Shown piece after piece: positions 43,910 to 56,189 of a stretch of DNA of 64,000 nt (within the stretch, counting starts at the first letter, position 1; the number at the start of each line of letters is the position of its first letter). The notes under the pieces are model-generated. The model worked only from the letters and a program-made list of their open reading frames with translations, was not told where the DNA came from and searched no databases. This DNA is from an uncultured delta proteobacterium (lineage in GTDB: Bacteria > Myxococcota_A > Polyangia > Polyangiales > B10-G4): positions 96,001 to 160,000 of the forward strand of contig CAVSGI010000008.1 of assembly GCA_963727445.1 (NCBI GenBank), in the 5' to 3' direction. Position numbers and translations under genes: made by a program.

Positions 43910-45476
43910 AGGTCACGCGCCGATTTTCGTCGGGGGAGCCTTCGCTCACGGGCACGTCGGAGCCCATGCCCACGAAGGTGAGGCGCCCTGCGTCGACGCC
44001 GTTGTGGATCAGGAACTCCATCACCGCTTCGGCGCGCGCCTCGGAGAGACGCAAGGCGCGGTTGGTGTTGCCCTCGTTGGCGGCCGCGTGCCCTTCGACC
44101 TGTACCAGCGCGATCTCCGCGTTGTCGTTGAGGAGCTCGGCGATGAGCGCCAGGGAGGCCTGCACGCCCTCCTCGAGCTGCGCGCGTCGGTGGGCGAAGA
44201 GGATGGGCTCCGTCGTGACGATCTGTGAACCGTCGATGGTCGCTCCGTCCGGGCAGCCGTCGTCGTCGAGATAGTCGTTCACCGTCTCCGGCTGATCCGG
44301 ACAGAAGTCGTCGTTGTCGGGGTTGCCGTCGCCGTCTGCATCCTCTTCGGGGCAGCCGTCGTCGTCGGCGTGACCATCCTGGTCCTCGGCCTGATCGGGG
44401 CAACGGTCGCGGCTGTCGGGGATGCCGTCGCCGTCCCGGTCTTCGCCGCTCGTCTCCTCGGAGCCGTCGCCAACCTCGTCGTCGCCCAGCTCTTCGTCGC
44501 CCTCGCCGCTCCCCTCGGAGGCCAGCGGAATGGCGTAGCCGAGGGTGCCGAGGATCCGAATGGCAGGAACCCCGACGCCCTGAGTCACGCCCGCATCGAG
44601 CGCCAGCCCTGCCGTGAAACCGGAGCCCAGCGCGAAGTGCGCGCCGAGGAGCACCTCGATGGGCACGGCGTCACCGGAGAACGCCTGGCCAGAGGTGACG
44701 GTGGTGGCACCGCGAAGCTCGGCTTCGACGCGCACCGGATCGAGGTAGAGGTGGGCGCCGACCCCGAAGAGGAGCTCCGAGCCGGGGCGCGCGAGGATCG
44801 GACTGGTGAGGCCCTGCGGGATGTACTCCGACTCTGGCCGGTAGGCGAAACCGAGGTTGACGATCGGCGTGATGATCGCGCTGGCGAGCGCGAGGGTGGC
44901 GATCGCGCGAACGCCCACGCCGCCGTCTCCCGTGAGCGACGACTGGACCCCACTCGGCAGAAGGAGCGCCGCGGCCAGGCCGAGGCCCACGTCGATACCG
45001 TCGGTCGGTCGCTGCCGCTCGCCGACGAGCTTGGCGCGAAGACCGAGGGTGAAGTCGCCAGCAGCAGGCCCCTGGACCGGCACCAGGCCGGGAAGCTCGG
45101 TGCTGAGGTCGGTGCCGGACTGCACCCAGGTCACGGGCAGGCTGACGAAGGCCCCCAGGAAGTCGGCCAATCCGAGCGAGAGCGCGAAGTGGGTGGTGAA
45201 GCTGTTCTCGACCAGGTAGCCGTCGCGGTCGCGCCCGTCGGCGGTGGTGGTGCTCACCGCGAGGGGGCCATAGGCGTAGTCGACGGCGAGGCGCGCATCG
45301 AGTGTGAGGTGCGCCGGCGGGGCCGGCAGGAAGAGCCCGAAGCCGTCGGTCGACGAGGGCGGCATGTAGTAGCGGTTCAGCGCGAAGCCCTGCGCTTCAC
45401 CCACGCTCGGACAGAGCGCGAAGAGCGCCGCCGCCAGCGCGAGGACTGCGAGGAAGAAAGAGCTTCGGAGACGCAT
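43887..45476 (-). CDS. Outer-membrane protein: beta-barrel + thrombospondin type 3-like repeats + OmpA C-terminal domain
   Basis: Signal peptide, amphipathic beta-strands, DRDGDGIPDSRDRCPDQAED repeats and VQVEGH...LSEARAEAV...NRRVTF. Confidence 0.88.
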   Translation of the reverse strand: MRLRSSFFLAVLALAAALFALCPSVGEAQGFALNRYYMPPSSTDGFGLFLPAPPAHLTLDARLAVDYAYGPLAVSTTTADGRDRDGYLVENSFTTHFALSLGLADFLGAFVSLPVTWVQSGTDLSTELPGLVPVQGPAAGDFTLGLRAKLVGERQRPTDGIDVGLGLAAALLLPSGVQSSLTGDGGVGVRAIATLALASAIITPIVNLGFAYRPESEYIPQGLTSPILARPGSELLFGVGAHLYLDPVRVEAELRGATTVTSGQAFSGDAVPIEVLLGAHFALGSGFTAGLALDAGVTQGVGVPAIRILGTLGYAIPLASEGSGEGDEELGDDEVGDGSEETSGEDRDGDGIPDSRDRCPDQAEDQDGHADDDGCPEEDADGDGNPDNDDFCPDQPETVNDYLDDDGCPDGATIDGSQIVTTEPILFAHRRAQLEEGVQASLALIAELLNDNAEIALVQVEGHAAANEGNTNRALRLSEARAEAVMEFLIHNGVDAGRLTFVGMGSDVPVSEGSPDENRRVTFRILQRR

Positions 45477-45498
45477 CGAGGGGGCCGAGAGACCAGTG

Positions 45499-47880
45499 TC
45501 AGCGTGTGAGCGGGAGGAATGCGCGCGATTCGCCACTGGGGCGAACTCGAACCGATCGGATGTGATCTGTACCGTCCGGAGTCACCAACCTGAGCCGCAC
45601 GGTACCGACCGGAAGCCTCGCGCGCAATGGTGTGCGTCCGAGGGCCGTTCTGCCGAAGAAGACCCGGGTTCCGCTGGGCTGGGTGTCGAGAACGAGCGTT
45701 CCCTGCGGGGGCGGAGCCCTCCGCTGCATCTGTGGGGGCGGCTGGGAGGGGGTTTGGGGCTGCTCGGCGGGGCGATCCTCCTCCAAGGTGAGGGTCACCT
45801 CGGCGGGGCTGCCCGCTTCGACCACGACCTGTTGCTGGGCGGTGATCCGGCCGTTCATGGTCGCCACGACCGAATACGTGCCTGCCTCGACCTCTTCCCA
45901 GGTGACGGGAGACTCGCCCTCGCGATCGCCCATGCGAATCGCGGCGCCCGGTGGCTCGGTGGTGACCGTCACCGCCGCCGTGGTGGGCGCCGGAGTCTGT
46001 GGCTCCTCGTTCCCTGTGCCGGCCGCGACCTCGTTCGACCCGGCGGTGCCTTCGTCACCCTGGGCGGCGGTCTCCTCGTCGCCTTCGGCGGTGGCTCCCT
46101 CGGCAGCGCCCTCCGGGTTGCCTTCGGGCTGCTCCCCGGACTCGCTCACGCTCGTCCCGTCGCCCGACACCTCTTCTTCGTCATCGCCGCCAGTGGTCAC
46201 CCAGACCACCGCCACCGTGACGAGCGCCGCCGCGAAGAGCGCGAGGAGCACCACGGCCACACGCAAGAGGGTCGAGGGGCCGCGCTGCGGTGGAGCTTCC
46301 GGAATGAAGCTCGCCGGCTGTGAGAAGGGATCAGCCACCGCCGCGGGCGGTGGCCCCGCCGGGTCTCTGGGCTGCAGCGGCGCGCCAGTCGCGGGGTCGA
46401 GCGCGGCCGTCGGTGCCGTGAAGATCTCCGGAACGCCCGCGGATGGGTCGGGGTTGTGGACGTTGGTGGTGGTGTCGTCCGCCGCGCCCCCTTGCAGCCG
46501 CTTCACCACCGATGGGATTCGCTCGCCGCTCCACGTCTCCGTGGGCAGCTCCTCGTCCTCCTGCATCGGCTCGCCGACGTCGATGTCGAAGCCGACCGGT
46601 GAAATCAGGTTGTCGATGGTGTCGAGATCGGGATCGGAGCTCTCCTCGGGCTGCTTGTTCTTGTCGGACTTGGTGCGGCCGCCCGCGGGGCGAGACCCGG
46701 ACTCGAGCTGAAGCGCCTTTTGAGAGGGACTGCTGCCCGGTCCGAAAGGTCCGCGCGAAGCCGCGTCCGGGATCATCGTCTCGATGGCGTTCGCGATGTG
46801 CATCGCGTGGACGAACTCGCCCTGTTCCGCGAGGAAGCGCTCGAGCGCCACGTACATCTCGCCGGCGGTCTGGAAACGCTGTCCCGGATCCTTGGCCAGG
46901 GCCTTGCGGAGGATGGCATCGAGGCGGGGCGGTACGTCGCCGCGCACGAGACGAGCCGAGGGCACCGGCTCGTGGACGATGGCGCGCATGGTGTCGAGAT
47001 CGCTCGCTCGCCGGAAGGCGGGCTTGCCGGTCAGCGCCTCGTAGAGGCAAGCGCCGATGGCGAAGATGTCCGAGCGCGCGTCGAGCGGCTTGCCGAGACA
47101 CTGCTCCGGCGACATGTACGAGAACTTCCCTTTGACGATGCCGGCTTCGGTCTGACTCGTCTGCGTGGCCGCCTTGGCGATACCGAAGTCGAGCAGCTTC
47201 ACCACGCCGTCGAAGCGCACCATGACGTTCTGGGGGCTCACGTCGCGGTGCACGATGTTGAGCGGGCGCCCGACGCCGTCGCGCGCCTGGTGCGCGTAGT
47301 TCAAAGCATCGGCGACGTGCGCCATGATCTTGACCGCGATGGTGATGGGCAAGCCGCCCTTGTCGCGCGCCCGCGCGATCAGCTTGCCGAAGGGCACGCC
47401 GTTCACCCACTCCATCGCGATGAAATAAGTGTCTTCCAGCTCCCCGATGTCGTAGATGTGGCAGATGTTCGGATGGTTGAGACGCATGGCCAGGCGCGCC
47501 TCGTCCAGGAACATCTCGACGAAGGTGTCGTCATCCGCGATCTGCGGAAGGATGCGCTTGACCGCGACGTGCCGGCCGGCGCCGTGGCTCGCCATCTCGC
47601 GCGCGAGGAAGACCTCCGCCATGCCGCCCACCGCGAGGCGGCCGAGGATCTCGTACTTGCCGTAGGTGTCGATGGCCGGATAGTCGGGCGCGAGTGGATG
47701 CGCGTTCTCCCCAGGGGCGGGCGCAACGTTCGCTTCGATCATCGTTTCGTCGTCGAAATCGATCCCGTCCGAAACACTGGGCTGCACTCCGGATCTGGGT
47801 TCTCGATCCGGCCGAAGCGGCGATGTCGTGGGTTCGTCCACGTCCGGAGAATCTGGACGACGAGGGGCCATTCTGACCAT
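45499..47880 (-). CDS. Transmembrane Ser/Thr protein kinase with extracellular PEGA domains
   Basis: LAVGGMAEV, VAVKR, HRDVSPQN, DFGIA and GKFSYMSPE; one TM; PEGA-like segments VTTEPPGA and LDTQPSGT; start 47880 or 47871. Confidence 0.92.
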   Translation of the reverse strand: MVRMAPRRPDSPDVDEPTTSPLRPDREPRSGVQPSVSDGIDFDDETMIEANVAPAPGENAHPLAPDYPAIDTYGKYEILGRLAVGGMAEVFLAREMASHGAGRHVAVKRILPQIADDDTFVEMFLDEARLAMRLNHPNICHIYDIGELEDTYFIAMEWVNGVPFGKLIARARDKGGLPITIAVKIMAHVADALNYAHQARDGVGRPLNIVHRDVSPQNVMVRFDGVVKLLDFGIAKAATQTSQTEAGIVKGKFSYMSPEQCLGKPLDARSDIFAIGACLYEALTGKPAFRRASDLDTMRAIVHEPVPSARLVRGDVPPRLDAILRKALAKDPGQRFQTAGEMYVALERFLAEQGEFVHAMHIANAIETMIPDAASRGPFGPGSSPSQKALQLESGSRPAGGRTKSDKNKQPEESSDPDLDTIDNLISPVGFDIDVGEPMQEDEELPTETWSGERIPSVVKRLQGGAADDTTTNVHNPDPSAGVPEIFTAPTAALDPATGAPLQPRDPAGPPPAAVADPFSQPASFIPEAPPQRGPSTLLRVAVVLLALFAAALVTVAVVWVTTGGDDEEEVSGDGTSVSESGEQPEGNPEGAAEGATAEGDEETAAQGDEGTAGSNEVAAGTGNEEPQTPAPTTAAVTVTTEPPGAAIRMGDREGESPVTWEEVEAGTYSVVATMNGRITAQQQVVVEAGSPAEVTLTLEEDRPAEQPQTPSQPPPQMQRRAPPPQGTLVLDTQPSGTRVFFGRTALGRTPLRARLPVGTVRLRLVTPDGTDHIRSVRVRPSGESRAFLPLTR

Positions 47881-48047
47881 TGGAAGTATACAGTGAGGCG
47901 CCGTGCACTTGCCACTGCTGTGCAGCCACAATGCATCGAAGTTTCAATGGCCTGCGCCGACACGGCCATGGGATCTGTGCTCGCCCACGTAGATCCACCC
48001 ACATCGACCGACGTCACGCCCACCAACGTACTTGAGCGACGATCTCG

Positions 48048-49208
48048 TCAGGGGTCGTACCAGTCGTCCGGCTCTTCGTCGTCGTTCGGCATGGGACGTA
48101 CGCCACTTTCAGCCCGATCGAGCCCGATCCCGAAGTGCGACGGGTCGAGTGGTTGGGCGCCGATGTCGTACTCGATGCCACCTGCGACGCTCACGAACGC
48201 GTCGAGCTCGCTCACCAGCGCGTCGAGGCCGCTGCGTGGCGCCGGCTCGGCGCGCCCGCCGGCCAGGTGCAGCCCGACCAGGAGCGAGACGTCTCGAGCG
48301 CCCACGCGCGGATCGAGTGACGCCAGCACCGCGTCCACCTCTTCGACCAACGCCGCCGCGCTGGGGATGCGGCGTTCTGGATTCCGGTCGAGCACCCGTG
48401 CCACGAGCGCGTCCACGTCGTTGGTGACCGACGAGTTGTACTTCGACACCGGCTCGACGTTCTTGCGGACGACGTTGCGCACGGTGACTGCGTCGACCTC
48501 TTCTTGGAAGAGCCGCCGCCCAGCGAGCATCTCCCACATCACGATGCCCGCGGCGAAGATGTCGACGCGGTGGTCGCTCGGCTTCTGAAGCACGGTCTCG
48601 GGAGCGAGGTAGCCGAGCTTGCCGCCGACCAACGCGTCGGTTCGCATCGTCTGATGCACGCTCGCGTTGGCGAGCCCGAAGTCAGCGAGCTTGACCGCGC
48701 CGCTACGGCTGAGGAGCACGTTATGAGGCGATACGTCGCGATGAATGATCCCCAGGTGATTGCCTTCCCGATCCGCCGCGCAATGCGCGTAATCGAGGCC
48801 CGCGGCGAGCTGACGCATCACGTGAAGCGCCGCCGCCACCGGCATGCACGCGCCCCGCTGGTGCGCCCGATCGAGGAGCGACTTGAGCGACGTCCCGTCG
48901 ACCAGCTCCATCACCATCAGGAACGTGCCACCGACCTCGCGCGCGTCGTAGACACGAACCACGTTGGGGTGCCTCAGAAGCCGCCCGAGCCGCGCCTCGT
49001 CTTCGAACATCGATCGATAGAGATCCTGCTTCGCGAGATGCGGCAGCACTCGCTTGACCGCGACGTAGTAGCTCTCGCCCGTCTCGAGGATGGCGCGCGC
49101 TTTCCACACCTCGGCCATGCCCCCCGACGCGAGACGGCGCACCGGCTCGTAGCGCGTGGGCGCTCGTCGCAATTTCGCCGAAAGGCGTGTCGGACGCGAC
49201 TTCGCCAT
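48048..49208 (-). CDS. Cytoplasmic Ser/Thr protein kinase
   Basis: LASGGMAEV, VAVKR, HRDVSPHN, DFGLA and GKLGYLAPE; no TM helix. Confidence 0.92.
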   Translation of the reverse strand: MAKSRPTRLSAKLRRAPTRYEPVRRLASGGMAEVWKARAILETGESYYVAVKRVLPHLAKQDLYRSMFEDEARLGRLLRHPNVVRVYDAREVGGTFLMVMELVDGTSLKSLLDRAHQRGACMPVAAALHVMRQLAAGLDYAHCAADREGNHLGIIHRDVSPHNVLLSRSGAVKLADFGLANASVHQTMRTDALVGGKLGYLAPETVLQKPSDHRVDIFAAGIVMWEMLAGRRLFQEEVDAVTVRNVVRKNVEPVSKYNSSVTNDVDALVARVLDRNPERRIPSAAALVEEVDAVLASLDPRVGARDVSLLVGLHLAGGRAEPAPRSGLDALVSELDAFVSVAGGIEYDIGAQPLDPSHFGIGLDRAESGVRPMPNDDEEPDDWYDP

Positions 49209-49242
49209 CAACTCATGAGCGTCGCAAACGGTCCAGCGAGGG

Positions 49243-51090
49243 TCAATCGCCGTCGAGGATCGAGCGTACGATCGCCGTCGCGTCGTCCACCGCGCGCGCG
49301 AGCGCTTCGGACTCGACTTCGTGATGTCCCACCGACACCGGATCACTCGCACCCACCCCGGCACCAAAGGCTGACGCCAGCGCACGACCCACGGCCACCG
49401 CACGCGCAAAGGACTCGGCGTCGGCGGGGGGTGGGATGCGGGGATAGGAAAGCCGCAGAAAACGATCGTAACGCTGGCGGTAGTCGGCGGAGGCGAGCAC
49501 GGCGAGGGCGTAGTGCAGAACATCCCCAGCGCTCGCGCGCTCGCCGCATCCCGCCATCAGCATCGCGGCGCCTTCGGGATCGAGGTTGTCTCCTCCGTCG
49601 GGATCGTGGGCGACGAAGGCCCGGGTGCGACACGAGGAACGGCTCGACAGGTAGCAGTTGTCGGGGATGGCCGAGACCGCGCCGAAGTGCGCCCAGGGAC
49701 GCTTGCCGCGGTCCTTGCGCACCGTCACCACGATGGGCCCGCCGTGCGCGATCGCGCGGGCGAGTCGTGGCCGCGGCCGATGACAGAAGGGGGCGACGGG
49801 CACGAAGTAACGGTCGTCGAAGGGGCGATAGGCGATCGGCTGCACGACCGCCGCCGCATCGACGGCCATGGCGTCCGACAGACGCTTTCGCGCGGTCTCG
49901 GGGTCGTAGTGCCCACTCTTCACCCAGGCCTTGGCGAGCGCGTCGTCCTTCGCGCCCCTCAAAAACGCCTCGACGCGAGCGCGGAGGCGCGCGGCATCCG
50001 CGTCGATCACCGCGTCGTCGCGGTTGGTCTGCACGCCCTCGGCGTGGAATCGGAAGATCTGGTCCATGGAGGGCCAGCTCTCGTAGAGGGCGTCGCGCGG
50101 CGCCGGGACGAAGAGAAAGGAAGGCGCCGACGCCTTCACCCGCTCGAGCCCGAGTCGGCCGACGCCGAGCTTCTTCAGCTTGTCGTCGCGTCCGCCGCGC
50201 AGCGCGGCGTGTCGCACCCTGGCGCGTCGAACGTTCGGGAGCGCCGGCATGCGAAAGGCCACCGTGAGCGCCACCGATGGACGCACGCCGAAGACGTTCT
50301 CGTCCTTCTCTCCGTCGCTCGACAGCAGCGCGCTGCCGCCGACGTCCACCACGTCGACTCCGTCGAGCCATCGCACCAGCGCCCCACGCATGCCCGCATG
50401 AACGGGACCATCCAGGAAGGAGCCATTGGTCGCGAGACCCAGCACGCCTCCCCCCGGTGACAGGCGCACCACCTCGGTCGCCCAGCGGAAGAAGCGCACG
50501 TAGTCGTCCGAGAGCACGCCGATCTTTCGCTCGGCGAGGCGCCTGCCCTCCGCGTCACGACGGAAGTCCTCGAGGAGGTCCGCCGTGGCCGCGTCCTTGT
50601 TGGCGCTCTTCGACGCCCAGGGTGGGTTGCCGAGGATGACGGTGATGGCGTCGGGGGCGAGCTCGGCGCCGAAGGGCGTCAGATCGGCGAGGGTGTCGGT
50701 GGTGCGGAGCTCGAGGGGAAAGCCGGCCCGCGCCGCCGGCTCCGACAGAAGGCGTCCCGCCTCCCCTACGACCTCCTCGTCGAGATCGATCCCGACGAAG
50801 CGGCCGGGCGCGCCGCTGCGCTCCGAGGCGAGCCCGAGCGCCGCCGCCAGAAAGGCCCCCGGTCCACACGCGGGATCGAGGATCGCCACCCGGCGATCGG
50901 CGAGGCCCCCCCTGAGGCCGAAGCGACGCTTCAGCACCTGGTCGACCTGGAGCACGAGGTAGCGCGCGACCTCGGTGGGGGTGTGGACGACCCCACGAAC
51001 GCGCCAGCCCTCGCCCTCGCTTCGCAAGCGCTGGTCGCGCCGGGCCCCCGCCTCGGCGACCGCTTCCTCCACCGCGCTCAGCTGGGGCAC
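49243..51090 (-). CDS. N6-adenine DNA methyltransferase with a type ISP-like C-terminal specificity domain and no nuclease or helicase
   Basis: RGVVHTP, motif I ILDPACGPGAFL, motif IV VILGNPPW, LSDDYVRFFRW, DENVFGV, GVQTNRD and AYRPFD; GTG start at 51090 inferred. Confidence 0.8.
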   Translation of the reverse strand: MPQLSAVEEAVAEAGARRDQRLRSEGEGWRVRGVVHTPTEVARYLVLQVDQVLKRRFGLRGGLADRRVAILDPACGPGAFLAAALGLASERSGAPGRFVGIDLDEEVVGEAGRLLSEPAARAGFPLELRTTDTLADLTPFGAELAPDAITVILGNPPWASKSANKDAATADLLEDFRRDAEGRRLAERKIGVLSDDYVRFFRWATEVVRLSPGGGVLGLATNGSFLDGPVHAGMRGALVRWLDGVDVVDVGGSALLSSDGEKDENVFGVRPSVALTVAFRMPALPNVRRARVRHAALRGGRDDKLKKLGVGRLGLERVKASAPSFLFVPAPRDALYESWPSMDQIFRFHAEGVQTNRDDAVIDADAARLRARVEAFLRGAKDDALAKAWVKSGHYDPETARKRLSDAMAVDAAAVVQPIAYRPFDDRYFVPVAPFCHRPRPRLARAIAHGGPIVVTVRKDRGKRPWAHFGAVSAIPDNCYLSSRSSCRTRAFVAHDPDGGDNLDPEGAAMLMAGCGERASAGDVLHYALAVLASADYRQRYDRFLRLSYPRIPPPADAESFARAVAVGRALASAFGAGVGASDPVSVGHHEVESEALARAVDDATAIVRSILDGD

Positions 51091-51358
51091 GCGCGGGAGA
51101 ATAGCCTCTTTTGAGCCAGCGCCGTCCGGAGGGGTCGCTGCGGCGACCCTCCCCTTCTCCGGACCCCCGCTCCGCTCGCTTGTGAGACCTCTCAAAGGGT
51201 CCGGCGCAGGTAGCGGTATTTCCCAAGTTAATCGGGTGGGTCTGTGCTACAGCGGCGCGCGAATCGGCAGGGGAGGAATGGGTTGTCCCACCGTAGTACG
51301 CCCTGAACGAGGACCCGAATATGGGTCCCCCAAGATATTTTTTCTGGAGGCTTTCGAG

Positions 51359-52351
51359 ATGAACGCGAAGACGACGACCGCCATTTTGACCGCCCTGGCG
51401 GTGCTCGCGATCGGCGCGCCGGCCAGCGCCCAGAACTGGGGCGACCCCGAGGGCGGTGATTGGGGCACGGATCAGAACAACCAGCAGCAGCAGACGGATC
51501 AGAATCAGCAGCAGCAGACGCAGCAGACCGATCCGAACCAGCAGCAGACGCAGCAGACCCAGACCAACACCTGGCAGACGCAGCAGAACCAGCAGACGCA
51601 GCAGCAGCAGCAGACGTATCAGCAGCAGCCGCAAGGCAACGAGCAGCCGCCGGCCTGGGGCGGGGGCGAAGAGCCCGTCGAAGGCGACGAGGGCGCCACC
51701 GGAGACGACCACATGGACGTCGCCGTGGGCCACCTCGGTGTGGGCTTCCTCGGTCTCGCGAGCGTCCCGGTGGGTGCGACCTTCGCCGGCCTCGCTGAGC
51801 CGGTCGCGGTCTCGGCGCCGACCATCGGCGTTCGATACTGGCTCTCAGAGATGATCGGTCTCGATGTCGGCATCGGCTTCGGCTTCACGCAGAACAGCGC
51901 GACCCTCGATTCGCCCGACGTGCTCGTCAGCGGCAACACCAGCCAGGCTTTCGCCCTCTCCGTGCACGGCGGTCTGCCCATCGCGATCTTCCACGCGAAG
52001 CACTACAAGTTCAACATCATCCCCGAGCTGAACCTCGGTTACGGCACCGGCACCCTCTTCGGCGCCACGCCCAACGATGACATCGAGCTCAGCGGCTTCG
52101 CCCTCGACGTCGGCGCCCGCGCCGCGTGCGAAATCCACTTCGGCTTCATCGGCATTCCCGAGCTCGCCCTTCAGGCCGGCGTCGGGCTCAGCCTGAAGTT
52201 CTCCTCGCGCAACTCGGAGCACACCTTCGGTGACCCGCGTGGCTCGACCATCAACAGCGAGAGCTCCCTCGACCTCGGCACCCGTTACAACTTCGACGAG
52301 CCCTGGGATATCTTCATCGGCAGCCTGACCGCGCTCTACTACTTCCGCTGA
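51359..52351 (+). CDS. Outer-membrane beta-barrel protein with Gln-rich N-terminal region
   Basis: GGAGG RBS, signal ending ASAQ, a Q/T/N-rich tract, amphipathic strands and a C-terminal ALYYFR. Confidence 0.75.
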   Translation: MNAKTTTAILTALAVLAIGAPASAQNWGDPEGGDWGTDQNNQQQQTDQNQQQQTQQTDPNQQQTQQTQTNTWQTQQNQQTQQQQQTYQQQPQGNEQPPAWGGGEEPVEGDEGATGDDHMDVAVGHLGVGFLGLASVPVGATFAGLAEPVAVSAPTIGVRYWLSEMIGLDVGIGFGFTQNSATLDSPDVLVSGNTSQAFALSVHGGLPIAIFHAKHYKFNIIPELNLGYGTGTLFGATPNDDIELSGFALDVGARAACEIHFGFIGIPELALQAGVGLSLKFSSRNSEHTFGDPRGSTINSESSLDLGTRYNFDEPWDIFIGSLTALYYFR

Positions 52352-52458
52352 AGGCGGCGCCCAGGCACGGCATCTGGGCGGCTTTCCTCCTCGACGCCTC
52401 CCTGCGAAATGCCTTTGGCATTCCTCAGTCGGGGCCTGCGGGGGCGCTCGCCCAGGCA

Positions 52459-52669
52459 CGCACCTGACCGCCGCCTTCCCGTTGGGGGGCGCTTGTTAGC
52501 TGCCGCACCTGACCGCCGCCTTCCCGTTGGGGGGCGCTTGTTAGCCGCCGCACCTGACCGCCGCCTTCCCGTTGGGGGGCGCTTGTTAGCCGCCGCACCT
52601 GACCGCCGCCTTCCTGTTGGGGGGCGCTTGTCAGCCGCCGCACCTGACCGCCGCCTTCCCGTTGGGGGG
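52459..52669. repeat. Intergenic 45-bp tandem repeat, about 4.7 copies, each able to form a hairpin
   Basis: Unit CACCTGACCGCCGCCTTCCCGTTGGGGGGCGCTTGTTAGCCGCCG starts at 52461, 52506, 52551, 52596 and 52641 (partial). Confidence 0.95.
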
Positions 52670-52677
52670 TCTTGGAG

Positions 52678-52710
52678 AACCGGGCTCTTTCGAGTCCGGT
52701 TTTCTTCGTT
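52678..52710 (+). terminator. Rho-independent terminator-like hairpin
   Basis: AACCGGGCTC-TTTC-GAGTCCGGTT followed by TTCTTCGTT. Confidence 0.6.
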
Positions 52711-52759
52711 GTTGCGCTGAGTTGACAGAGCGGGGGGCGCGACTCAGAACGAGGCCTCC

Positions 52760-55564
<2,805 letters not shown>

Positions 55565-55568
55565 GCCC

Positions 55569-56189
55569 ATGGGCGACCGCTCCGACTATCTGAAGAGCCT
55601 GGTGAAGCGCGCCGCCGACCGCGCCGGCGCCCGCGTGACGAAGCTCGGTCCCGTCGCTGCCATCCGTCGCTTCGCGCGGGATGCAGCGCGGCGGCGCACG
55701 GTGATCGATGATCGAATGCTCTCCTCGGCGGTAGCCCGCCTCGACGGCGTCGACGGAGCGAGCGTGGCGACGCGCCGCGGGGTGGTCCGCATCGACGCCA
55801 CCTTCGAGAGCGGCGATCACGTCGCCCTCGGCCTGGTGCCGGCAGGCGCCACCTTCGCTCCGCGCGGCGCCAAAGAGCTCCGCTTCCGCGTCGTGCCCCC
55901 CGAAGCCGCCACCCAGCGCCACGCCTCCGACGTCGTCGGCGCCGTCGCGGGCGAAGTCGCGCGCGTCCTCTGGGCCCTCTTCCTCCGCGACGAAGACGAT
56001 CTCGGCGGCGCCATCGTCGACCGCGATCGCGATCTGTTCCGCATCGACCTCCGCACCATCCCCGCCGTGCGCAACCAGGGCCAATCCGGCCCGCTGGCCA
56101 TGATGATGGACGCCCTCGAACCAGGAACGCTCGAAGCCGTCGACGGCGCCCTCGAAGTCCAGCTCAGGTTGCCGAACCTGCCGCTCTGA
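55569..56189 (+). CDS. Hypothetical protein, probably co-transcribed with the radical SAM gene
   Basis: 206-aa ORF starting 4 nt after the upstream stop, with host-like codon usage. Confidence 0.65.
   Translation: MGDRSDYLKSLVKRAADRAGARVTKLGPVAAIRRFARDAARRRTVIDDRMLSSAVARLDGVDGASVATRRGVVRIDATFESGDHVALGLVPAGATFAPRGAKELRFRVVPPEAATQRHASDVVGAVAGEVARVLWALFLRDEDDLGGAIVDRDRDLFRIDLRTIPAVRNQGQSGPLAMMMDALEPGTLEAVDGALEVQLRLPNLPL

Noticed and set aside
42751..44274. 507-aa ORF overlapping the OmpA gene
   Set aside because: Read-through caused by the frameshift near 43245; the real gene ends at 43909.
52459..52669. Possible CRISPR array
   Set aside because: The units are contiguous with no unique spacers, and there are no cas genes in the window.
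49243..52710. Defence island or integrated element around the methyltransferase
   Set aside because: No integrase, tRNA or att site, compositional shift or other defence genes are visible.
52409..52720. Repeat peptide ORF (APDRRLPVGGRLLAA)n
   Set aside because: A by-product of the 45-bp repeat with no RBS; it runs through a terminator-like hairpin.
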